Assembly: GCA_963708135.1 (NCBI GenBank)
Contig: OY970192.1
Coordinates: 4,224,001 to 4,288,000 of the forward strand
Source of the DNA: an uncultured Gemmatimonadales bacterium
Lineage (GTDB): Bacteria; Gemmatimonadota; Gemmatimonadetes; Longimicrobiales; RSA9
Direction: 5' to 3'
DNA length: 64,000 bases
Shown: piece by piece, positions 56,367 through 64,000 of the stretch
Layout of the letters: every line of letters starts with the position of its first letter
Numbering within the stretch: position 1 is the stretch's first letter
Made by a program: the position numbers and the translations under genes
Notes under the pieces: model-generated
Seen by the model: the letters and a program-made list of their open reading frames with translations, nothing else
What the model was told of the DNA's origin: nothing
Databases searched by the model: none

Positions 56367-57365
56367 TCACCGCCCCAGCAGGAACTCCAGCGGCTCGGCC
56401 ACGCGCACGCGCCACGACCGCTCCGAGTGGTCGGCGCCGGGGTAGACGCGCGTGATCCAGCTCTTCCCCTCCACGTAGCCGCGCGCCTTCATGGCCGCGT
56501 CCACACGGCGCTGGTACGGCGCGTAGAGGGAGTCCAGCGTGGCCGTGCCGTGGTCGAACCAGATTCGATGCGACGCCGGGTCCGGCAGCGCCCCGCGCAC
56601 CCAGCTCACCACCGCGCCGCCGGCCACCGGCCAGTGCGTCGACAGGCAGGCCGCTCCGCCGAACACGCGCGGGTACTCCGCCACCGCGTACAATGCGATC
56701 AGCCCGCCCATGCTCGAGCCCATGACGAACGTGTCGCCGGGCCCGGTGCGCGTCCGATAGGTGCGGTCGATGAACGGCTTCAGCTCCTCGACGATGAAGC
56801 GCAGGTAGGCGTCCGAGAGGATCGGCCCCTGGAACGGGGCGAGTCCCGGCACGCCCGACCCGATGTCCTTCTCCGAGGAGGCGGCCGTCTCCGGCGAGAT
56901 GGCCTTCTGCGGCGTGTATTCCTGGAACCGCTCGGGCGTGTTCCAGACCGCCACCACGATGGCCGGCCGCACCCGTCCCTCGGCGATCAGCCGCGTCATC
57001 GTCTCGTCCACGCCCCAGTCCACGCCCGTGTAGGACGTGGCCGGCGAGAACACGTTCTGCCCGTCCTGCGCGTACACCACCGGGTAGCGCGCCGCCGTGT
57101 CCCGCGCGTACCCCGGCGGCAGCCACACCTCCACGTTCCGCGAGGCGACGTACCGCGACGGAAAGGCCCCGTACCACCGCACCGTACCGGTGACGCCGAG
57201 CGGCGGGCCGGGTACGGGCGTGTCGGCCTGGGCGGCGAGCGGCCCGGCGGCGAGCAGCGTCGCGGCTGCGGCCGTCGCGGTCGCGGCGCACGCGAGGCGG
57301 AGAGCGAGCGGCTCGGCCCGCACCAAACGAGCAAATCGGCGCGGAGATGACGACGATTTCGACAT
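56367..57365 (-). CDS. Exported alpha/beta-hydrolase-fold esterase (IroE/Fes-like)
   Basis: VWLPPGY, YPVVYAQDGQN, ELKPFID..YRT, GSSMGG, DHGT, ADHSE..W. Confidence 0.9.
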   Translation of the reverse strand: MSKSSSSPRRFARLVRAEPLALRLACAATATAAAATLLAAGPLAAQADTPVPGPPLGVTGTVRWYGAFPSRYVASRNVEVWLPPGYARDTAARYPVVYAQDGQNVFSPATSYTGVDWGVDETMTRLIAEGRVRPAIVVAVWNTPERFQEYTPQKAISPETAASSEKDIGSGVPGLAPFQGPILSDAYLRFIVEELKPFIDRTYRTRTGPGDTFVMGSSMGGLIALYAVAEYPRVFGGAACLSTHWPVAGGAVVSWVRGALPDPASHRIWFDHGTATLDSLYAPYQRRVDAAMKARGYVEGKSWITRVYPGADHSERSWRVRVAEPLEFLLGR

Positions 57366-57601
57366 CGTGTACGCTATGAGGATACAAGGTGCAGCGCGCT
57401 CGGCGCCGCCGCGAGTCATTGGCGCTTGTGTACGCCATGCGCACAGAATGCGTCGTTCGCGCTCCGGGCACCAGCGATGGGTCGATTTCGTCCGCGCCGA
57501 CGCGCCGCGCCCGGAACCGCGGCCCGCGCCGTGCGGCCGGCACGGCCCTGCAGGGCCCGGCGAGCTGCGGGACGCGTGACATCGACAGCGGAGGACGGCG
57601 A

Positions 57602-58417
57602 ATGAGCGGTGGAGTGGGCGGCAGGGTCGTGCTCGTCACCGGCGCCTCCTCCGGCATCGGCCGGGCCACCGCGCGCGCCTTCGCCGCCGCGGGCGCCCGC
57701 GTCCTCGGCACCAGCCGGCGCATGCTGCCGGACGCCGACGGCGTCGAGATGCTCCGCCTCGACGTGCGCTCGGACGCGTCCGTACGCGAGTGCGTCGCGG
57801 AGGCGCGCGCGCGCGCCGGCCGCATCGACGTGCTCGTGAACAACGCTGGCGTCGAGCATCTGGGGATGGCCGAGGAGACGTCGCTCGAGCAGGCGCACGA
57901 CCTCTTCGAGACCAACTTCTTCGGCGTCGTCCGCGTGACGAACGCCGTCCTGCCCGGAATGCGCGCGCGCCGCGCCGGCCGGATCGTGAACGTCGGCTCC
58001 GCCGCCGCCTGGGTCGGCGAGCCGGGCGAGGCGTTCTACGCCGCGTCCAAGCGCGCGCTGGCCGCCTACACCGAGGCGCTCCGCCACGAGGTCCGCCACC
58101 TCGGCATCGCCGTCTCCCTCGTCGAGCCCGGCGCCTTCCGCACCGGCGTGATGGACGCCGCCTCCACCGCCCGGGCCACGATCCCCGACTACGACCCGGT
58201 ACGCGACGCCGCGCTCCGCACCCTGCGCGGCGCCCTCGAGCGCGGCCGCGACCCCGCCGCCGTGGCGGAGCTCGTCGTCCGTGTCGCCGCCGCCCGCTCG
58301 CCGCGGCTGCGCTACGCCGCGGGCGGCGAGGCTCGCTGGCTGCCGTACCTGAGCGTGCTGCTGCCGCAGCGGCTTTTCGAGAGATTGGTGCGGCGGGGGT
58401 TCGGGCTGCCGGGGTGA
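57602..58417 (+). CDS. Short-chain dehydrogenase/reductase
   Basis: VTGASSGIG, IDVLVNNAG, FETNFFG, YAASK, VEPG. Confidence 0.93.
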   Translation: MSGGVGGRVVLVTGASSGIGRATARAFAAAGARVLGTSRRMLPDADGVEMLRLDVRSDASVRECVAEARARAGRIDVLVNNAGVEHLGMAEETSLEQAHDLFETNFFGVVRVTNAVLPGMRARRAGRIVNVGSAAAWVGEPGEAFYAASKRALAAYTEALRHEVRHLGIAVSLVEPGAFRTGVMDAASTARATIPDYDPVRDAALRTLRGALERGRDPAAVAELVVRVAAARSPRLRYAAGGEARWLPYLSVLLPQRLFERLVRRGFGLPG

Positions 58418-58429
58418 GGCGGAGCATCT

Positions 58430-58878
58430 GAATAGCGGTATTCATCGACGAGGCCGGTGGCGATCAGGGTCTGCAGCAGATTGCCGCTGCCCCAGATGTG
58501 CAGCTCGGGTCCAGCCGCCGCCTTCAGCCGGCGCACCCCCTCGACGACGTCGCCGTCGATGGGCCGCGAGCCCTGCCAATCGAGCCGGTCGAGCGTGCGC
58601 GTGACGACGTATTTCGTCGCCCCGTTGAACGCCTTGCCGATGGCATTGTCACCGTGGCCCGGCCAGTAGCCGGCGAAGATCTCGTAGGTCCGGCGGCCCA
58701 GCAGCATGTCGAACTCGCCGGCCATGAGCTCGTCGATGACCCGGCCCAGGACGGCATCCCCGAACGACATGGCCCATCCGCCGTGGGTGAACCCGTCGCT
58801 CGGATCCTCCTCGGGGCCGCCCGGCGCCTGCATGACGCCGTCCACCGTGACCTGGGTGATGGCGATGAGCTTTCTCAC
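58430..58878 (-). pseudogene. Dihydrofolate reductase / RibD C-terminal family gene, 3'-truncated
   Basis: MRKL...TVDGVMQAPGGPEED, LLGRRTYEIF, KYVV, IWGSGNL, LVDEYR. The expected P.VLG.GKRLF tail is absent and the frame runs antisense into the SDR gene. Confidence 0.75.
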
Positions 58879-59060
58879 GGTTCGTCTCCACGTCTCTGGT
58901 GTGATCTCGCCGGCACGGTTGCCGGCTTCCACAGCAGCGACGAACGGGCGCGGGGGATTTCGACAGGGTGGGCTCGAATCAGCCGCGGCGGCACCGGGAG
59001 GGGTCAAGCTCGCCGCCACCGTCTGCTTCGGCCTGGAGCCGGAGTGTGCTCAAGTCAAGC

Positions 59061-59897
59061 TCATTCCTGAAGCACCCCCCACGCCACCTCCGCCAGCACC
59101 GCCCCCGGCGCCCGGGGGTCCAGCTCGCCCTCGTCCTCGATCCCCCACAGCGCCGAGAGCATCCCCTGCGCGAACGCCCACTCCAGGATGCGACGCGCGT
59201 CCAGCCCGAGCCCCGCCGCGAGCGATTCCGCCCGTCGCACCACATGCCGCGCGTCCGACCAGAGCTCCGGCCGCCCCGGCGGATTGCGCAGCATCGTCGC
59301 CGCCTCGAACGGTCCTCCCCGACCACGCCCTTCGGGTCGATCGCCGTCCAGCCGTGCCGCGCGTCCCACAGCACGTTCGTGTGCTGCAGGTCCCCGTGCA
59401 GCAGCCGCACCCGCTCCTGGGTGGCGACGAGCCGGCGGAAGAGCGCCGCCGCCGCCGTGACCCGCGCGCGCTCGAGCGACGCGTCGCCCGACGCCAGCCA
59501 ACGCTCGAACGAGCGCCCCCACTCCTCGAGCGACGGCGCATCGAAGGCGACGGGCGCCGCCGCGCGCGTGCGCGCGAGAACGTCCACGAGCACCCCCGTC
59601 GCCTGCTCGTCGTCCCCGGCGAGGACCAGCTCCGTGAGCGGCCGCCCGGGCACGAGCCGCTCGAGCAGCGCCGCGCCCGGCGCCCGCGCGAGCACCCGCA
59701 CCATCCCCTCCCCGCCGAACGGCCGCCGAGCGCCACTCGTCGCTCCCCGGCCGCGCCACCTTGAGCACCACGGGGCGCCGGTCGAGGGTGCCGAAGGCGA
59801 CGAGGCCCGCCGGCGTCGCCCGCGTTTCCGCCAGCTCCACGGACCAGGCGGCGGCGTGGCGGGTGAGGCGGGCGAGGAGGTTGTGCACACCGCTCAC
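59061..59897 (-). pseudogene. APH(6)/StrB-like aminoglycoside/hydroxyurea kinase with two frameshifts
   Basis: N-terminus (PVVLKV..DE) and C-terminus (FEAATMLRNP) lie in one frame. Core ALLERL, LLHGDLQHTNVL and AIDPKG lie in another frame between about 59720 and 59313. Confidence 0.8.
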
Positions 59898-59915
59898 GCG
59901 TTCCGGCAGTGCCGG

Positions 59916-60773
59916 TCAGCTCACGCGCGCGACGTAGCTGCTGGGGCTCAACGCGAACCGCTCGTCGAGTGCCCCCGCCAGCGTGAACAGGCTCGGCTTT
60001 ACCTCGAATGAGTGGACGCGGTAGAGGTGATAGCGGACCCGCTCGCGTCGCGAGACATCCAGCTCGTTGGCCGAGACGTAGAACGGGGTGTACTCGCCGA
60101 ACCGCGTGGTCTTCACCTCGATGAGCCGCTCGCGGCTGTCCGGCTCGAACGAGAGGACATCGTAGCCGGCGCCATCGCCACGCTCGACCGATACGTGCGA
60201 TACCTGTGTCGCCAGGCGATCCCGCCCCGCGGCCGCGAGTCGGGCGCGCTCCAGATTCACGACGAACCGCTCGCCCGCCAGTCCGAGCGCGCGGTTCGCC
60301 GCCTCGAGCCGGATGTAGTCCACGGGAGCACGGACCCGGCCAGGAGCCGCTGGGCCTTGGTGCGTCGCCATCCCGGGACGCGTCGGCGGTGGGGCAACGA
60401 GTGCGGAAAGAATGTCGTTGACGCTCGGTACGCGAGGTGCTCGCTCGATCTCGTTCTCGATGAGCGCGCGCGTGACCGCCCGCGCCGCGAGTTGCTCGAG
60501 AACGACATCGCGAAGCAATCCCTGGTAGTTCCCCAGGGGCTTGTAGCCGCTGATGTAGGGGATGCGCTCCTCGATGAGAATGGCGCTGATGTTCTGGTGC
60601 TTGCGCTCCACGGCGCCGGGCGTCCGGCCCGCCAGGAGCGGCAGGAGCGCCCTCCGATGCGCGGCCTTGTTGAGCGGCGCTCCGCGCAAGCCGATCTCGA
60701 GCATGTCGAAGTAGGAGGCGACCGTCGCCTCCACCTCGGCTCTCGACCACGCCGCGCCACGTGATGCCGCCAT
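59916..60773 (-). CDS. DUF3883 (NO VEIN C-terminal, PD-(D/E)xK) nuclease-domain protein
   Basis: N-terminus WS..EV...V..YF.ML, RT..AVE.KHQNISA, GYKP..NYQ. C-terminus G..GE, GDGAGYDVLS, IEVKTT, FYVS.NE. Confidence 0.85.
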   Translation of the reverse strand: MAASRGAAWSRAEVEATVASYFDMLEIGLRGAPLNKAAHRRALLPLLAGRTPGAVERKHQNISAILIEERIPYISGYKPLGNYQGLLRDVVLEQLAARAVTRALIENEIERAPRVPSVNDILSALVAPPPTRPGMATHQGPAAPGRVRAPVDYIRLEAANRALGLAGERFVVNLERARLAAAGRDRLATQVSHVSVERGDGAGYDVLSFEPDSRERLIEVKTTRFGEYTPFYVSANELDVSRRERVRYHLYRVHSFEVKPSLFTLAGALDERFALSPSSYVARVS

Positions 60774-60790
60774 GCGTTCTCCGTACGGCT

Positions 60791-61396
60791 TCAGGTGTCC
60801 AGGGCCTTCCAGGCCCACGCCAGCATCACCGCGTTCCGCGCCGCCCGTGCGTCGAAGTGGTAGGGATCGTAGTCCTCGCCCGCCCACCTCCTGTAGCTCT
60901 CGTGCTCGGGGTGATCCGGGTCTCCCAGTGCCTCCTTGAGGTCCGCGAATCCGGGCGCGCCTCCCGCGTCCTCCGGAGGTGCGGCGTTGGCGCCGCCTTC
61001 CACCCACGGCAGCCACATGTCCTCTCGCCAGCGCCCGATCTTCTCGACGACCACGTCGTGTTCCCAACTGTCGCCGAAGTCGTACTCGTACGCGAAGCGA
61101 TCCCCTTTCTCCAACCCCAGCGATCCGATCGTGACCGTTCGGGCGTCCTCGTTCTCGGCGCCTTCGACGCCCGCATCCTCGAAGCGCCGCTCGCCGACGG
61201 TGAACACGTACAGGTGGTAGTCGCTCCATTGCATGAGGAGCTGGAAGATCCTGTGGAGCGCGTGGAGCGTCAGATCCGACTGGACCAGGACCCGGCGCCA
61301 GACCTCCGGCTCCGTTTCGCGCAGCGACAGGCGCAGCGTCAGCACGTGCCGCGCTCTCCCCCGCCTACGCGTTCGCGTTGTCGATGCCTCGTCCAC
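60791..61396 (-). CDS. Plasmid pRiA4b ORF-3 family protein
   Basis: VWRR, TL..LH..FQ, W.DYHL..F, YEYDFGDSWEH, APPED.GG.PG. Confidence 0.9.
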   Translation of the reverse strand: MDEASTTRTRRRGRARHVLTLRLSLRETEPEVWRRVLVQSDLTLHALHRIFQLLMQWSDYHLYVFTVGERRFEDAGVEGAENEDARTVTIGSLGLEKGDRFAYEYDFGDSWEHDVVVEKIGRWREDMWLPWVEGGANAAPPEDAGGAPGFADLKEALGDPDHPEHESYRRWAGEDYDPYHFDARAARNAVMLAWAWKALDT

Positions 61397-61653
61397 GGTA
61401 ACCTCTAATCAGCAGTGCAGATAGACCAGATAGACCGCGTCATCACGCCGCCCTGGAGAACCTTGGCCTCCGCCAGCGGCGCGAGCAGTCACAGGAGCGC
61501 TTTGAAGACGACGAACGATTGACCCGCGTACGCGCGGTCGGGCGTCCCCCGCCCTCGGATTCGGGGTCTTACGGCCACACTGTCTCCGCCAGCGCCGCCG
61601 CCCGCGCAGCACGGGCTCCGGCCGCGCCACAGCTCCGGCCCCAAACACCAGGG

Positions 61654-62823
61654 TCACCCGGGCGTCGCGGCCGCCATCTCGGCGAGCTCCCGCAGGGGGA
61701 CCGCGGTGGTGTCGCGGCCGACCGGGAACGTATCGTCGCCCGGATACACCGCATAGCGCCTTTCGGGGCGCAGGTCTTCGCATGCTTCGTAAAACCCCCG
61801 GGCGGGGCGCGGGTCGAGCGAGCGCTTGACCTCGACCGCCCATTTCCGCCCATCCGGCCAGACGAGCAGCAGGTCGATCTCCGCGCCGCCGCTGGTGCGG
61901 TAGAAGTGGCCCGTCGCCTCGGGAGCCGCCGACAGCAGGTTCTCGAGCACGAAGCCCTCCCAGCTCGCGCCCACCACCGGGTGCGCAAGCAGGCCATCGG
62001 CGGCACCGATCCCGAGGAGCGCGTGGAGGATGCCGCTGTCCCGCAGGTACACCCGCGGCGACTTCACCAGGCGCTTCCCGACGTTGGCGTGCCAGGGCGG
62101 GAGCCGGCGTACGAGCAGGAGGTCCACCAGCAGGTCCACGTAGCCACGGGCGGTGCGCGCGTCCACCCCGACGTTGCGTGCGAGCTGCGCGACGTTGAGC
62201 AGCCCGCCCTGATTGTGCGCCAGCATCACCCAGAAGCGGCGCAGCGTCTCGGCCGGCACGCGCGGCCCGAGCGCCGGGATGTCCCGCTCCAGGTACGTGC
62301 GGATGAAGTCCGCCCGCCACCGCTGGCTCCGGGCATCGCTCGCCGCCAGGTAGCTCTCCGGGAAGCCGCCCCGCACCCAGAGATCCTCGGGTGGCGACTC
62401 CTCGCCCACCTCCAGCACCGAGAACGGCGTCAACTCGAGGTGACTCGTCCGCCCGGCCAGGCTCTCCCCGGCCTGCCGGAGCAGCTCGAGCGAGGCCGAG
62501 CCGAGCAGGAGATAGAGCCCCTGCCTGTAAGCCTCGCGCCGCGCGCGGTCGATGAGCCCGCGCAACACCGGAAGGAGTCCCGGGACGCGCTGGATCTCGT
62601 CCAGGATCACCAGCCGCCCGAAGTGGGCGGGCAGGTACAGCTCGGGCTCGCTCAACCGGGCCCGCCCGCCCTCGGACTCGAGGTCCAGGTAGAGCGCGCC
62701 CCGTCGCTCTCCCTCGGCGAGCGCGAGCGTCGTCTTCCCCACCTGCCGCGGGCCGGTGAGCACGACGGCGGGCCCCTCGTCGAGGCGGCGGGCCAGTTCC
62801 GGCGCGAGGCGTCTCTCGATCAT
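61654..62823 (-). CDS. AAA+ ATPase (AAA_14) with DUF4143 domain and C-terminal PD-(D/E)xK-like motif
   Basis: GPRQVGKTT, ILDEIQ, LLGSAS, ESLAGR, RGGFP, TYLERD, KSPRVYLRDSG, GASWEGF, EIDL..AVEVK. Confidence 0.92.
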   Translation of the reverse strand: MIERRLAPELARRLDEGPAVVLTGPRQVGKTTLALAEGERRGALYLDLESEGGRARLSEPELYLPAHFGRLVILDEIQRVPGLLPVLRGLIDRARREAYRQGLYLLLGSASLELLRQAGESLAGRTSHLELTPFSVLEVGEESPPEDLWVRGGFPESYLAASDARSQRWRADFIRTYLERDIPALGPRVPAETLRRFWVMLAHNQGGLLNVAQLARNVGVDARTARGYVDLLVDLLLVRRLPPWHANVGKRLVKSPRVYLRDSGILHALLGIGAADGLLAHPVVGASWEGFVLENLLSAAPEATGHFYRTSGGAEIDLLLVWPDGRKWAVEVKRSLDPRPARGFYEACEDLRPERRYAVYPGDDTFPVGRDTTAVPLRELAEMAAATPG

Positions 62824-62861
62824 CCTTGCAAATGATACATCGTGATGTAGGAATTGCAAGG
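62824..62861 (-). promoter_or_regulatory. 38-bp imperfect palindrome covering a leaderless sigma70-type promoter of the AAA-DUF4143 gene
   Basis: CCTTGCAAATGATACATCG|TGATGTAGGAATTGCAAGG (15/19 pairs). Minus strand TTGCAA-16 bp-TATCAT ends 8 nt before the ATG. Confidence 0.6.
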
Positions 62862-62889
62862 TTAACGCGGCCAGCCGGGCCGAGATCCT

Positions 62890-62980
62890 CCGGACAGGTC
62901 GCCCCCGCCGTCGCCTTTTCCACGGCCAGGATCTCCGCCGGGATCTCCTCCAGCGTGCGCGTGTCAGGTGACGGGAAGTT
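62890..62980 (-). pseudogene. Degenerate C-terminal fragment resembling a type I R-M methyltransferase (HsdM)
   Basis: Translates as RTLEEIPAEILAVEKATAG, which resembles from memory the HsdM C-terminal pattern R.LEEI.A.I.ALE.ET.G. Abuts the IS21 end. Confidence 0.45.
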
Positions 62981-64000
62981 TGCGTATTCCGGCCGAATCC
63001 GTCCAGTGATTCCGGTCGAAGCCGGCCACCGATTCCGGACCATTCCGTCCACCCGTTCCGGAGCAATCCGTCCACCGATTCCGGGGATTCCGTCCTGCCA
63101 TTCCGGCGGAATCCGTCCACCCTTGGGGGAGCGAAGCCGACGCTGGATGACCTGAACCAGACCAGCCGCCACCTTGTGCGGGTCCTGAACCCGGAGGAGA
63201 GATGGCGGCGGAGAGGTTGTCCATGCGGAAGATCAAGGAGGTGCTGCGGCTGAAGGCTGCAGGCCATGGGAACCGGGCGATCGCCCGGAGCCTGCGGATC
63301 GCGCACAGCACGGTCCGCGAGTACCTGAACCGGGCCGAGGCGGCGGAGCTGGGCTGGCCGCTGCCGGAGGGGCTGACGGAGGCGGAGCTCGAGGCCCGGC
63401 TTTTTCCGCCGCCGCAGCCGTCGAACGTGGCGCGTCCGCTGCCGGACTGGGCGGAGGTGCACCGGGAGCTGAAGTCGAAGAAGCGGAGCGGCGTCACGCT
63501 CCAGCTGCTCTGGCTCGAGTACAAGGAGGACCACCCGTACGGGCTCCAGTACAGCCAGTTCTGCGAGCGGTACCGGCGGTGGCGGGGCGGGCTCGACCTG
63601 GTGCTCCGGCAGGAGCACCGCGCCGGGGAGAAGGTCTTCGTGGACTTCGCCGGCCAGACGGTGCCGGTGGTGGACCGGGGCACCGGGGAGATCCGCGAGG
63701 CCGAGATCTTCGTCGGGGTGCTGGGCGCCAGCAACTACACCTACGCCGAAGCGTGCTGGAGCCAGGAGCTGCCCGAGTGGATCGGCGCGCACGTGCGCAT
63801 GTACGAGTACTTCGGCGGGGTGCCGCAGCTCACGGTCCCCGACAACCTGAAGGCAGGGGTCCGCCACGCCTGCTACTACGAGCCGGACCTGAACCCGACG
63901 TATCACGAGTTGGCGGTGCACTACGGCACGGCCGTGCTGCCAGCCCGGGTCCGGAAGCCGAGGGACAAGGCGAAGGCGGAAGCGGGCGTGCTCCTGGTGG
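62981..64000 (+). mobile_element. IS21-family element, left end (continues past the window)
   Basis: Starts TGCGTATTCCGG. Six ~23-bp sub-terminal repeats ATTCCGG....ATCCGTCCACC at 62986-63122, followed by istA. Confidence 0.92.
63202..64000 (+). CDS. istA: IS21 transposase IstA (partial)
   Basis: GGAGGAG RBS, MAAERLSMRKIKEVLRL..IARSL..STV, PDW..VHREL, GVTLQLLWLEY, YSQFC, H.AGEKVFVDFAG, FGGVP..VPDNLK, RKPRDKAKAE.GV. Confidence 0.95.
   Translation, partial: MAAERLSMRKIKEVLRLKAAGHGNRAIARSLRIAHSTVREYLNRAEAAELGWPLPEGLTEAELEARLFPPPQPSNVARPLPDWAEVHRELKSKKRSGVTLQLLWLEYKEDHPYGLQYSQFCERYRRWRGGLDLVLRQEHRAGEKVFVDFAGQTVPVVDRGTGEIREAEIFVGVLGASNYTYAEACWSQELPEWIGAHVRMYEYFGGVPQLTVPDNLKAGVRHACYYEPDLNPTYHELAVHYGTAVLPARVRKPRDKAKAEAGVLLV

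Noticed and set aside
61418..61435. Direct repeat CAGATAGAC x2 upstream of pRiA4b ORF3 as a target-site-duplication scar or operator
   Set aside because: A single 9-bp duplication with no supporting context.
62986..63122. Six ~23-bp repeats as a possible CRISPR array or plasmid iterons
   Set aside because: The repeats are contiguous with no unique spacers and lie between a TG terminus and istA, which is typical of IS21 sub-terminal transposase-binding repeats.

Overview
Very GC-rich bacterial chromosomal segment. The gene repertoire (SusC/RagA TonB receptor, many exported peptidases, porin-family barrels, DUF4105/Lnb-like protein) suggests Gemmatimonadota, which is an inference. Bases 1-20 kb hold the most notable locus: a SusC-type receptor is divergent from a 14-kb operon of mostly exported hydrolases (three DUF3471 serine hydrolases, M19 dipeptidase, D-aminoacylase-like enzyme, CocE/NonD hydrolase, serine hydrolase-VanX fusion, nitrilase, class A beta-lactamase-like protein). 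A GNAT / N-succinylamino-acid racemase / class A-like operon converges on it, and all three promoters share a TGTAYAC motif, which points to a co-regulated D-amino-acid peptide utilisation locus. Bases 20-58 kb hold an ECF sigma / TolC-MacAB-type operon, mntH-USP, TPR, MFS, M28/M61/M48 peptidases, an amidase, ferritin, PhzF, a LanF/E-like ABC pair, an intact IS630 with a frameshift site, sigma54-type promoters and several palindromic or tandem repeats. Bases 58.4-64 kb look like a decaying accessory/defence island: truncated DHFR-like gene, doubly frameshifted APH(6)-like gene, DUF3883 nuclease, pRiA4b ORF3, AAA-DUF4143, an HsdM-like remnant and the left end of an IS21. No rRNA, tRNA or CRISPR array was seen. 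All calls come from reading motifs by eye; no database searches were run.
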